From: Octopus sinensis
Taxonomy: Eukaryota
Direction of reading: 5' to 3'
Assembly (NCBI RefSeq): GCF_006345805.1
Contig: NC_043003.1
Span: 16,492,001 to 16,556,000 of the forward strand
Length of the DNA: 64,000 nt
The stretch's first letter is position 1. Each line of letters opens with the position of its first letter. Shown piece after piece: positions 12,811 through 25,505 of the stretch. The notes under the pieces are model-generated. The model was given only the letters and a program-made list of their open reading frames with translations. It was not told where the DNA came from and did no database searches. A program made the translations under genes and the position numbers.

Positions 12811-14908
12811 ATCCCCCAAAACAGAAAAACCATTATCAGAAAACTAAAAAGAACAAACAAAAAATTAACAACTAAAGTACTGCAGCCAACAGCAACACAC
12901 ACATTCGACGGCTATCGCACTGCTTGAATCCAAAAAATATAACCTCCAACAATGCATGAAGACCCTCATCAATAACCAAAGATCAGCTGAGGAGAAGTGG
13001 GCCATTGAAAAAATCAAACTCAACCCCAAAGTGTTCTTTTCATTTGCGAGGAAACGCAGGGTCACTGTCTCCACTGTAGGCCCTCTAATTGACGAAACTG
13101 GCACTCTCCAAGATAATGCCAAATCCATGGCCGAGATACTGCAGAAACAATACTGCTCTGTTTTCAGCAATCCTGATATGGCCGATCTGGGCTGTATCAG
13201 TGATGTCAACCCCCAACACACTATATATCGGACATAACGTTTAGTGCCCCTGATGTCTTAGCGGCGATAAACGAAATAAAACACAATTCAGCAGTAGGCC
13301 CCGATAGGTTCCCTGCTTGTGTCCTGAAGGTGTGTCGACACCAACTTGCATCTCCCCTTGCTAATCTGTGGAGAAACTCACTGGATGCTGGCTATATTCC
13401 AAAAAACCTTCTGTCCCAGTCTGTTGTCCCAGTTTTCAAAAAGGGAAACAAGTCCCTTGCAGTGAATTACCGTCCGATCTCACTCACCTCTCATATCATC
13501 AAGGTATTTGAGAGGGTGGTGAGATCTCGAATAACCCAATTTCTGGAAAGCAACAGACGGCTGATCTCCAACCAACATGGGTTCCGTAATGGAAGGGACT
13601 GCCTAACGCAGCTCCTGCATCACTTTGAGGACATTTTGAGAGCTTTGGGAGAGGGCTCCAACACCGATGTCATCTACCTTGATTTCAGTAAGGCCTTCGA
13701 CAGGGTCGATCACAAGTTCCTATTGAAAAAACTATCCAACATTGGTGTCTCTGGAAAGTTACTGAAATGGATTAAGTGTTTCCTGACAGACAGATCTCAA
13801 CATGTTGTAGTTGAAGGGGTAAAATCAAGCCCAGCCAAAGTCAGTAGTGGCGTTCCGCAAGGCACTGTGCTGGGCCCACTTCTTTTCATCATTTACATTA
13901 ATGACATTAATGACATCATCAAGCACAGCAACATAAAAATCTTTGCAGATGACTCCAAGCTACAGAAGGTCATAAATGAGGCGAGTGACCCGACATGCCT
14001 TCAGTCAGATCTACTGGCTGTTATCCAATGGGCAGAAAAAAACAATATGCTGCTGAACGAGGATAAATTTGAGCTAATCCACTTTGGAAAAGAGGATGCC
14101 CTGAAACTCCCATACTCCCTTCCTTCAGGTGAAAACTCTCGCGGCGTCCAACAACATCAGAGACTTGGAGTAATTGTGGACAACAACGTAAGCTGGCCAC
14201 TCATATAAACACCAAAATTGACATGGCCGCAGAATGTGTTCCTGGATTCTCAGAACTTTCCAGTCGAGAGATATCCACACCATTATCCTTCTCTTCTCCA
14301 CTTTTGCCGACCCCACCTTGAATACTGTTGTCCACTGTGGTCTCCCCACACAATACAAGGTATCATAAAAGTTGAAGCACCTCAAAGGGCAATCACAAAA
14401 AAGATAGATGGCATGACAGGCCTCGACTATTGGGGTCGACTAGAAAAGCTAAAACTCTATTCTCTCCAACGTCGTCGTGAGCGCTACATCATCTGCATGA
14501 TGTGGAAAATATTCCATCAGCATTGCCCAAATGATGTTGGCATCACCTTTAAGGTACATCCAAGGCTTGGGCCCCGTGCCATCCGCCCAAAACAAAAATC
14601 GCACTCTCATCTCATAACAACAATACGGCACAATTATTTCACCTCAATTGGCCCCGCTCTTTTAACATTACACCAAAACACATTAAAACAGAAACTGACC
14701 CTATAGGGTTCAAGAAGTCTTTGGACAGATTCCTTCAAGAAATCCCGGATAAACCCCCTACACCCGGATATGTCTCTGTAACAATAATACTCTCTACTTG
14801 AGTGGGCCATAGTGCCCAAATTCTGACTTGAAAGACTTCACCAGGTGGTGCTATTAAGTTAGACATGGCCTGGGCCAATAATGGCCGAAACCTATCAAAG
14901 TATCAAAG
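12811..14908 (+). mobile_element. CR1-type LINE ORF2 linker, reverse transcriptase and 3' end with (TATCAAAG)2 tail
   Basis: ORF 13330..14208 has NYRPISLTS, YLDFSKAFD, SGVPQGTVLGPLLF, FADD; downstream RPHLEYCCPLWSP and LYSLQRRRERY; several 1-nt frameshifts. Confidence 0.95.
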
Positions 14909-14962
14909 TATATATATATATATACATATGTACACATATATATGTGTGTGTGTGTGTGTATA

Positions 14963-16288
14963 AGAGGTGGTATCAAAAAGTTGCCGGACTAGTTATGTTT
15001 GATAAAAATAACTTATTTACCTAAGTTTTAACATCATCCCCTTCGAAATAAACATCTAACGCAGCAAAACGCCTGTCCCAGCATTTCTGCCACTTTTGGA
15101 ATCCGGCTTGGAAGTTGTTTTCCGTAAGCGATTCGCTCTGGAGTTCGAGAACAGTGTTAAAACGGTGACCTTGGGCTGCACTTGGGGAAGAGATGGAAGT
15201 CCGCAGGTACTAAATCTGGCGAATAGGTGGGTACAGAGGAGCTATGTTTTTGGCCAGAAACTCACAAGTGGGGAGAGCTCACTGACAGGAGGCATTGTCG
15301 TCATGAAGAATACAACTTTTCGCACTCCACTCATCCGGTTGCTTTCACCGAATGTCCTCTCTGTCAGACGCTTTAACCGCGGTAGAATTCTCGATTGACA
15401 GTCTGGTCCTGGGAGAAGAATTCTCGATGTGAAAAAAAAAACGATGACAATGGTCTTGACTGAGATGCTGCTCTGCCGTGCCTTCTGTCGTAGAGATTAT
15501 TTCTTTACTGCCTACAAAGGGCTACACACAGAGAGGACTAACAAGGACAGACAAACGGATTAAGTCGATTATATCGACCCCAGTGCGTAAATGGTACTTA
15601 ATTTATCGACTCCGAAAGGATGAAAGGCAAAGTCGACCTCGGCGGAATTTGAACTCAGAACGTAGCGGCAGACGAAATGCCTATTTCTTTACTATCCACA
15701 AGGGGCTAAACACAGAAAGGACAAACAAACGGATTTAGTCGATAACATCGACCCCAGTACGTAACTGGTACTTAATTTATCGACCCCGAAAGGATGAAAG
15801 GCAAAGTCGATCTCGGCGGATTTGAACTCAGAACGTAACGGCAGACGAAATAAACCGCTAAGCATTTCGCCCGGCGTGCTAACGATTCTGCCAACTCGGG
15901 TATGACGCTGGTGACAGGTGTTCCAAATCACTCATCGTCTTCTAGGGACGTTCTTCTTCCGGATTTGAAGCATCCGTGCCGCTCGAAACATTGTGTACGA
16001 CCCACTGCCTCGTCGCCGTAACCTTGCTGAAGCATATTCAATGCCTCTGTAGAAGACTTCCCAAGTTTAACGCAAAACTTCATGTTGGCTCCATGACTCA
16101 GTCAAAGACTACAGCATACACGTGATCACAAAAACACTAATTTTACAACTTGCAAGGTAGACACAGCAATGTCACTCAGCACTAAGTCTTATGAAGATCA
16201 ATGCTAACCCTCAGTGCGCACGCACCCGTGTGATGACATCTGTTGGCACGCTACAGAACTAGTTCGGGAACTTTTCGATACCACCTCG
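14963..16288 (-). mobile_element. Internally deleted mariner element with both TIRs and TA TSD
   Basis: TIRs (A/C)GAGGTGGTATC(A/G)AAAAGTT; minus-strand KFCVKLGKSSTEALNML..GRTSLEDDE (HTH) and QTVNREFY fragments; TA on both sides. Confidence 0.9.
15498..15898 (-). mobile_element. SINE family A dimer inserted in the mariner element
   Basis: Two tandem A units joined at ...AAAGAAATAGG(T/C)ATTTCGTCTG. Confidence 0.9.
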
Positions 16289-16498
16289 TATATATCTTTC
16301 TTTTACTTGTTACAATCATTGGACTGCAGCCATACTCTCGGCAACGTATCGAAGGGTTTTAGTTGAAGAAATCAATCCTAGTACTTGCTTTTTAAATCCC
16401 AGTTTTTATTATGTCGCTCTTTTTTGTCGAGCCGCTATGTTACTTACGTGCGTATTTCTGTGTCTATGCATATGTGTGCATACACACACACACACCAC

Positions 16499-16546
<48 letters not shown>

Positions 16547-16549
16547 TTA

Positions 16550-17070
16550 TAATTATCAATATAGGGTGGCAAGGAAAATTTTGTAGAATTTTATTGCCAC
16601 CAGCGGCCCAGTGGGAAAAAATTAAATAGTCATAGACCATTTTTAAGTTCAACATTAACAATTAAGGAACGGCCATAATAGGCCATTCACCCACTAGAAA
16701 TAACAGCCAAAGCTTCTACCGCAAATAAAGATTAATTCCGTAAACAGGAGAAAATTAAAAAAACATTTACCCTGTAATTCTTGTACGGTATACCGTTTCA
16801 TCATGTTTAAAAACTAACCTGATTAAATAAATCAAGCCAATCTTCCATAAGCCCTCGGATTCTTCAGCAAGAAATAGCTCAAGTCGGAACAGATATTTAC
16901 ACGAGGCATACCCAATCTTGCCAAGTCAATATCTGACCTAAAATTTTCAAATCGTCGCACTCGCGCCAAATTTATCGGCAGCAAATAAATATCAGCCGTC
17001 GATTCCATTACGGAATTAACCAAAAAATTTACTACAAAATTTTCCTTGCCACCCTATATTGATTAATTAT
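16550..17070. mobile_element. MITE-like element with ~37-bp terminal inverted repeats
   Basis: ATCAATATAGGGTGGCAAGGAAAATTTTGTAG at the left end and its reverse complement at the right end. Confidence 0.8.
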
Positions 17071-17108
17071 GAATTTTTTGGTTAATTCCGTAATGGAATC
17101 GACGGCTG

Positions 17109-19102
17109 ATATTCCATCAGCATTGCCCAAATGATGTTGGCATCACCTTTAAGGTACATCCAAGGCTTGGGCCCCGTGCCATCCGCCCAAAACAAAAATC
17201 GCACTCTCATCTCATAACAACAATACGGCACAATTATTTCACCTCAATTGGCCCCGCTCTCTTTAACATTACACCAAAACACATTAAAACAGAAACTGAC
17301 CCTATAGGGTTCAAGAAGTCTTTGGACAGATTCCTTCAAGAAATCCCGGATAAACCCCCTACACCCGGATATGTCTCTGTAAACAATAACTCTCTACTTG
17401 AGTGGGCCATAGTGCCCAATTCTGACTTGAAAGACTTCACCAGGTGGTGCTATTAAGTTAGACATGGCCTGGGCCAATAATGGCCGAAACCTATCAAAGT
17501 ATCAAGTATATATATATATTATACATATGTACATATATATATGTGTGTGTGTGTGGTATAAGAGGTGGTATCAAAAAGTTGCCGGACTAGTTATGTTTGA
17601 TAAAATAACTTATTTACCTAAGTTTTAACATCATCCCCTTCGAAATAAACATCTAACGCAGCAAAACGCCTGTCCCAGCATTTCTGCCACTTTTGGAATC
17701 CGGCTTGGAAGTTGTTTTCCGTAAGCGATTCGCTCTGGAGTTCGAGAACAGTGTTAAAACGGTGACCTTTGGGCTGCACTTGGGGAAGAGATGGAAGTCC
17801 GCAGGTACTAAATCTGGCGAATAGGGTGGGTACAGAGGAGCTATGTTTTTGGCCAGAAACTCACAAGTGGGGAGAGCTCACTGACAGGAGGCATTGTCGT
17901 CATGAAGAATACAACTTTTCGCACTCCACTCATCCGGTTGCTTTCACCGAATGTCCTCTCTGTCAGACGCTTTAAAACGTCGCGGTAGAATTCTCGATTG
18001 ACAGTCTGGTCCTGGGAGAAGAATTCTCGATGTGAAAAAAAAAACGATGACAATGGTCTTGACTGAGATGCTGCTCTGCCGTGCCTTCTGTCGTAGAGAT
18101 TATTTCTTTACTGCCTACAAAGGGCTACACACAGAGAGGACTAACAAGGACAGACAAACGGATTAAGTCGATTATATCGACCCCAGTGCGTAAATGGTAC
18201 TTAATTTATCGACTCCGAAAGGATGAAAGGCAAAGTCGACCTCGGCGGAATTTGAACTCAGAACGTAGCGGCAGACGAAATGCCTATTTCTTTACTATCC
18301 ACAAGGGGCTAAACACAGAAAGGACAAACAAACGGATTTAGTCGATAACATCGACCCCAGTACGTAACTGGTACTTAATTTATCGACCCCGAAAGGATGA
18401 AAGGCAAAGTCGATCTCGGCGGAATTTGAACTCAGAACGTAACGGCAGACGAAATACCGCTAAGCATTTCGCCCGGCGTGCTAACGATTCTGCCAACTCG
18501 GGTATGACGCTGGTGACAGGTGTTCCAAATCACTCATCGTCTTCTAGGGACGTTCTTCCGGATTTGAAGCATCCGTGCCGCTCGAAACATTGTGTACGAC
18601 CCACTGCCTCGTCGCCGTAACCTTGCTGAAGCATATTCAATGCCTCTGTAGAAGACTTCCCAAGTTTAACGCAAAACTTCATGTTGGCTCCATGACTCAG
18701 TCAAAGACTACAGCATACACGTGATCACAAAAACACTAATTTTACAACTTGCAAGGTAGACACAGCAATGTCACTCAGCACTAAGTCTTATGAAGATCAA
18801 TGCTAACCCTCAGTGCGCACGCACCCGTGTGATGACATCTGGTTGGCACGCTACGAACTAGTTCGGAACTTTTCGATACCACCTCGTATATATCTTTCTT
18901 TTACTTGTTACAATCATTGGACTGCAGCCATACTCTCGGCAACGTATCGAAGGGTTTTGTAGTTGAAGAAATCAATCCTAGTACTTGCTTTTTAAATCCC
19001 AGTTTTTATTATGTCGCTCTTTTTTGTCGAGCCGCATGTTTACTTACGTGCGTATTTCTGTGTCTATGCATATGTGTGCATACACACACACACACACACG
19101 TA

Positions 19103-19137
<35 letters not shown>

Positions 19138-19406
19138 ATGTATATATTTATTATTAATCAATATAGGGTGGCAAGGAAAATTTTGTAGAATTTTATTGCC
19201 ACCAGCGGCCCGTGGGAAAAAATTAAATAGTCATAGACCATTTTTAAGTTCAACATTAACAATTAAGGAACGGCCATAATAGGCCATTCACCCACTAGAA
19301 ATAACAGCCAAAGCTTCTTTACCGCAAATAAAGATTAATTCCGTAAACAGGAGAAAATTAAAAAAACATTTACCCTGTAATTTCTTGTACGGTATACCGT
19401 TTCATC
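17109..19406 (+). repeat. ~2.3-kb tandem duplicate of 14509-16802 (CR1 3' end, mariner, SINEs, part of the MITE)
   Basis: Near-identical copy at offset 2600; differences are mostly homopolymer indels. Confidence 0.95.
17561..18886 (-). mobile_element. Duplicated copy of the mariner element, with SINE A dimer at 18101-18500
   Basis: Same TIRs and content as 14963-16288. Confidence 0.9.
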
Positions 19407-19468
19407 CGCTGTTTACGGAATTAATCTTTATTTGCGGTAGAAGCTTTGGCTGTTATTTCTAGTGGGTA

Positions 19469-19469
<1 letters not shown>

Positions 19470-19513
<44 letters not shown>

Positions 19514-19691
19514 TATATATATATAATTATATACTATGCATATATATTCATACATATGTATCTATATCTATATCTATATGAATACATACTCATACCACAC
19601 ATAACATATATATGCATACGTATGCATATCTACATCTACATATATACACACATAATATATATATATATATAAGCATATATATGCATACATT

Positions 19692-19722
<31 letters not shown>

Positions 19723-19970
19723 ATTCATGTATATATAATAGAAACAGGTTTCAAAGAAAAAAGACTACACGTGGGATAAATATGAGGAAGTAAAAAGAAA
19801 TAAAGAGAATGTACACTAGATATAAAAAGAAAGATCTATACATATAAATAAATGATTTCAGGTGAAATTAAAAAGTATAAAAATCATTATTGTGATTAAA
19901 TATAGAAAGTCATACCGGTTTCGTCAACGCTGTTCACTGACTTCTGACTTTGAATCAACGTGTGTGTGTG

Positions 19971-20041
<71 letters not shown>

Positions 20042-20110
20042 ATATATTATATATATATATAGTTATATATATATATATATATATAATATATATATATTAT
20101 ATATATACAT
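19470..20110. repeat. (TA)n, (TG)n and (TCTA)n microsatellite cluster
   Basis: Direct inspection. Confidence 0.9.
19906..19951 (-). ncRNA. Hammerhead remnant with deleted CUGAN core (pseudo-ribozyme)
   Basis: AAAGTCA-gaa-GTCA(..)TGAC-GAAA-CCGGTA-TGACTTT: 7-bp stem I, stem II and ACCGGU stem III retained; core missing. Confidence 0.5.
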
Positions 20111-20796
20111 AAATTACGGGCTTCTTTCCTTCAGTTTCCACTCACCTATTTTTTTGTGCGGACTCCGGAGGAATGAAAGACAAATCTGACCTCAGAACGT
20201 AAAGAGCCCGAATATCGCAGAGCATAAATTTGTAAATTCAGCGATTCAAACTATAACACTGGATATGCATTTACAACATTTTCTCCTCAGTTGGTTATGC
20301 TTTTCCAAAAAGGAGCAATACAAAAAATATATGGAGTGTAAATCACTTAGCAACAACATTTTATACTCACAAGGCTTTGGTCGGCCCAAGGCTATAGCAG
20401 AAGACACTTGCTCAAGGTGCCACGCAGTGGAATATATACACAAACACATAGAATCACACATGTAAATACATGCATTCATATGTACTTACATATAAACATA
20501 CAAGTTCAATGGCCGCCATGGTAAAAATCTTTTATTCAACTTAATGCTGAGCCGGTCGTAAATTTCATAAGCTTCTTTAAGTATGTAAACAGTAGGTCTA
20601 GGTTTTTTTTTAAATAAGTGTTTTTGAAAGATTAAGTGTGCTTTTGAAGTCTACAATACTTATTATTAGTGTACGGAAATTAATTAGTATTTTATATTAA
20701 TAAATATGAAAAGAGTCTACGGAGCTTTTTGGTGCTTGTATGGCATTAGAATTAGGATGTTATATCGATAAAAAGAGGACATTTTACATTAAAGGT

Positions 20797-20800
20797 GTCG

Positions 20801-20843
<43 letters not shown>
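20797..20843. repeat. (TAG)n microsatellite
   Basis: Direct inspection. Confidence 0.95.
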
Positions 20844-20844
<1 letters not shown>

Positions 20845-21001
20845 TTGCTGCAACAAGGACAATGAGTTGATCTGGTGTCGATAGGTGAGTGACTGAATGA
20901 AGGTGGACAGAAATATTCAACAACGTCTTTGAAGTATATGAAGAAGTATATGTTTCAAAGTGTGTGAGTACGTATATATGAGCTTGTGCATGTATGTGTG
21001 C

Positions 21002-21040
21002 GTGTGGAATATACATGCGTATGTATGCATATTGTATATG

Positions 21041-21078
<38 letters not shown>

Positions 21079-21092
21079 ACATAATACATACG

Positions 21093-21126
<34 letters not shown>

Positions 21127-21322
21127 CACACATATATATACATATGTATATATATATACACATATATATACATACACACATATATATATACATACCTATA
21201 TACACACACGCACTCACATGCCCACACATATACACATACATATATATGTATATATGCATATATATATATATATAAGCATATATGTATATACGCCTACGCA
21301 CACACGCACACACACATATATG

Positions 21323-21356
<34 letters not shown>

Positions 21357-21408
21357 CATATGTATATATATGTGTGTATATATATATATATATACGTATG
21401 TATTATGT

Positions 21409-21454
<46 letters not shown>

Positions 21455-21491
21455 TATACAATATGCATACATACGCATGTATATTCCACAC
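21002..21491. repeat. Inverted duplication of a TA/CA-rich tract (arms ~165 bp)
   Basis: Markers GTGGAATATACATGCGTATGTATGCATATTG and GTATACATAATACATACG recur as reverse complements. Confidence 0.85.
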
Positions 21492-22155
21492 ACACATATA
21501 TATATATATATTATATATATATATATAGGAGGACACATGTGTGTTAAATTCAGCTTTCTAATTTGCTTTTGTTAAAGATTCCATGATTTTTTTTGTATGT
21601 GTTGAATTCTGTACAAAATTATAACGTTGTTACTAAGTGCTTAACACTCCATATATTTTATATATTACTCCCTTTTGGAAAAACATAACCAACTGAGAAG
21701 AAAATGTTGTAAATGCATGTCCAATCTTACAGTTTGAATGACTAAATTTACAAATTTATGCTCTGCGATATTCAGGCTCTTTACGTTCTGAGGTCAGCTT
21801 TATCTTTCATTCTCTCGGGGACAGCACAATAAAATGTGTGAAGCGTTGTCTAAGAAATAATCGGCTAATTTTTCCCAGTGGCAATGTTAGAAATAATACT
21901 TTGTATGTTTGGATCAAAGTCAGTAATTTTAGAGGGGGTTGTATTCGACGATTCCTTCCACACCAGTACTTGACTGGTACTTTATTTTTATTGACTTCCA
22001 TTGGATTGAAGGCAAGCTTGATCTTTGACTTTCATCCTTTTGGGGGCCAATAGAATAAAGTATCAGTCAAGTACTGGAGTCTTCTAGACTCTTCTCCCCA
22101 AACTTTTGTCCTGTACCAAAATTAGAAAGGTTTCTTTCAATATTCTTTATTGTTT

Positions 22156-22600
22156 AAGGAGGCGAGCTGGTAGAAACGTTAGCACGCCGTTTGTCTGTCC
22201 TTGTTTGTCCTCACTGTGTTTAGCCCCTTGTGGGTAGTAAAGAAATAGGTATTTCGTCTGCCGCTACGTTCTGAGTTCAAATTCCACGAGGTCGACTTTG
22301 CCTTTCATCCTTTCGGGGTCGATTAAATAAGTACCAGTTACGCACTGGGGTCGATATAATCGACTTAATCCGTTTGTCTGTTCTTGTTTGTCCCCTCTGT
22401 GTTTAGCCCTTTGTTGGTAATAAAGAAATAGGTATTTCGTCCGTCTTTTACATTCTGACTTTAAATTCCGCCGAGGTCGACTTCGCCTTTCATCCTTTCG
22501 GAGTCGATAATTTAAGTACCGGTTGCGAACTGGGGACGATCTAATCGTCTGGCCTCCTCCCCCAAAATTTCGGGCCTTGTGCCTAGAGTAGAAAAGAATC
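22156..22600 (+). mobile_element. SINE family A concatemer
   Basis: Units restart at GGTATTTCGTC at 22248 and 22431 (period 183). Confidence 0.9.
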
Positions 22601-22812
22601 GTTAGCAGACCTGATAAAATGCTTAGCAGCCTTTCATTTGACTCTACCGTCTGAGTTCAAATCCCAACTACGGTCGACTTTGCCTTTTATCCTTTCGGGA
22701 GTAGTTAAATAAAAACCAGTTTAGCACTGGGTCGAATGTAATTTGCCTAGCCTTTTCTTATCACATTTCAGGCCTTTTGCCTATAGTGGAAAAAGTTATT
22801 ATTATTATTATT

Positions 22813-23228
22813 CAGTAGTTTTATTTTTATAACGTGCTTTCACTTCACTACGAGCGCAGCTCTGTGTGCCTTAGTATGTGCTGTGATTGTTGTGATGCTC
22901 TGATGGGTTGTATGGAAAGTGTCTGCGTAGGATGTGTGCAGTGCCTAGTAGTGCAATTTTCTGTATGTTATATGTGTTTGTAAGTCCTGTGTTTTTGTTA
23001 TGTATTTGTCTGAATCTTTTTTATCATGCCTAATGCACCTACTATGATAGGAATTGTTCTGTTTTTAGATCCCATTCTGGTTACCTCTATTTCCAGGTCT
23101 TTGTATTTTGAGAGTTTCTCCATTTCTTTTAGAGACACGTTGTCATCTGCCGGTATTGATACATCAATTAGAAAGCATTTGTTCCTTCATGATCTCTGAC
23201 AACTATATCTGGTCTGTTGGCTTAATTT
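22813..23228 (-). mobile_element. R4/Dong-type non-LTR retrotransposon 3' fragment (restriction-like endonuclease)
   Basis: Minus strand reads RPDIVV, KCFLIDVSIPADDNVSLKEMEKLSKYKDLEIEVTR, IVGALGMIK, IQKIALLGTAHILRR; flanked by (TTA)n on both sides. Confidence 0.85.
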
Positions 23229-23258
23229 CTTATTATTATTATTATTATTATTATATGA

Positions 23259-23290
<32 letters not shown>

Positions 23291-23692
23291 CTTCTCTTCT
23301 TATTATTATTATGTTGCAAAACGTGAGTAGGAATATAATTAAAAACATCAGTACGACAACAATTTTGATGACGAAATCAAATTAACAATGGATGTTAAGA
23401 CTGAACAGAGATAGTTCATCAATGATTGTAATTAAGAAAGTATATTCTTTATTTGTCTTATATATTGATCTAAACGGATCATAGAAAATATCTGTTAATG
23501 ACCTCTGAATACCAAAACTCACTGAAAACAACATATTTTTAGTTGTTTTAAACGTAGGTGTAACCATGCATAATGTCTATCTGTTAATGCATCACAAGTA
23601 TATTCAAAATTATATACGCACGCAAATACACCCACGCGTAATATATACGTATGTGTGTATATGTGTGCGTGCATTGTGAATAACTTCGTATG

Positions 23693-23742
<50 letters not shown>

Positions 23743-23779
23743 TATTTATAAAAGCATTCACACCTCCTACACACACATA

Positions 23780-23831
23780 TATATATACATATAACATATA
23801 TACATGTATGTATGTATATATATATATATAA

Positions 23832-23862
<31 letters not shown>

Positions 23863-23913
23863 CATATATATATATTGTGTATATATATATGCATATATGT
23901 GTGTATGTATATG

Positions 23914-23944
<31 letters not shown>

Positions 23945-24110
23945 GTTATATATAGTGTATATATATATATGTATATATATATATATGTATATATATGAAT
24001 ATATATGTGTATATATATGTATATCTATATATATATGTATATATATATATGTGTATATATATGTATATATATGTATAGTATGTATGTATGTATATATATA
24101 TATATGTATG

Positions 24111-24141
<31 letters not shown>

Positions 24142-24273
24142 ATATATAGATGTATGTATGTATATATATATATATGTGTATGTAATATATATAATATGTT
24201 AAGTATATTACATATATATATATATGTAATATATATTATATGGATGTATGTATCTATATATATATATATATAT

Positions 24274-24306
<33 letters not shown>

Positions 24307-24320
24307 CGTATATATACTAA
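23780..24320. repeat. Long compound (TA)n/(TATG)n microsatellite
   Basis: Direct inspection. Confidence 0.95.
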
Positions 24321-24776
24321 GTGGTGTAATGATGAAGAATGGTATGTGTATATATATACTATTCTTTGATCTTCGATATTTGTTCTTTCTTCTCGTTGTA
24401 TTTTCTGTTCTTTTAATTTTGGCTTCCACAGAGAGATGAAACCCGCATATATATATTAGAAACAAACAAATGCCTATGAACATACCAAAAGGGAACGACC
24501 CATGTGTTTGCAATATAAACAATGGCAGTAAATAATATAAATTTGAGCGCATAACTACAAAATCACCCACAAGATCAACAAGAGCAAGGAAAACAATTAA
24601 TATGAATTGATATGTTGTCTGTGTGTAATCGCCGTCGTATTTATGTTGATGATATTCCAATCCATCTGCGTAGATGAATTAAATGCATTATATCATGATA
24701 TCATGATATATTTTTGTGTGTGTCCACTGTACGTGTACATATATATATATATATATTATATATATATATATATATA

Positions 24777-24936
24777 GATAAGCCACCCATAATTGGATAC
24801 AACTCACCCAACAAGAACTCACTACTTGAACTAAACTTGACTTAAACAGGATTAGAATAATCCTATCAGGTGGTGCTATTAAGTTAGACATGGCCTGGAC
24901 CAACCTTTGGTCGAAACATATCTAAGTTTTATCTAA

Positions 24937-24942
<6 letters not shown>
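24777..24942 (+). mobile_element. 3' end of a second CR1 subfamily, tail (TATCTAAGTTT)2
   Basis: DKPPIIGYNSPNKNSLLE resembles the C-terminus at ~14750; shares CAGGTGGTGCTATTAAGTTAGACATGGCCTGG. Confidence 0.8.
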
Positions 24943-24967
<25 letters not shown>

Positions 24968-24968
<1 letters not shown>

Positions 24969-25392
24969 GGCGCAGGAGTGGCTCAATGTGTGTCGTATTA
25001 TGTCTTAAATTGTAATGGACTTCCTAGTTCAAAAAATTGTAAAATATTGTAAATTGTAAGAGGGTTATAACCTCAAAATGTGTCTTTTTAAAAGAACAAT
25101 GTTATAGAGAAGCAGAGGGTCAGCGGGCACTTACTGTCTTCTCCCATCCTTATCATCTTGTATTATTATTATCATTCGCTTCATCAATGTCTTGTCCAGC
25201 CCGCAAAGCTACCTATCTTTGTACTGCCTCTATGGCAAATGAAATGAAATAAAGTAGCTTGCTAACCAACCACATGGTTCCAGGTTCAGTCCCACTGCGT
25301 GGCACCTTAGGGGAAGTGTCTTCTAATATACCCTCAGACCGACAAAAGACTTCTGAGTGGATTTGGTAGACGGAAACTGAAAGAAGCCCGTC

Positions 25393-25432
<40 letters not shown>

Positions 25433-25474
25433 TGTGTGTGTGTGTGTGGTGTGTGTGTGAGTGTGTGCGTGTGT

Positions 25475-25505
<31 letters not shown>

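Noticed and set aside
16770-16840. GAAAC plus 12-bp palindrome ACGGTATACCGT plus GTA on minus
   Set aside because: No CUGANGA core or stem II upstream.
24280-24660. Hydrophobic ORF superficially like GPCR TM2-TM3 (FLALVDL..ICLFLIYICGF)
   Set aside because: Hydrophobicity comes from T-rich and TA-repeat sequence; no DRY-like motif or further TM segments, and it runs into a microsatellite. BLASTx would settle it.
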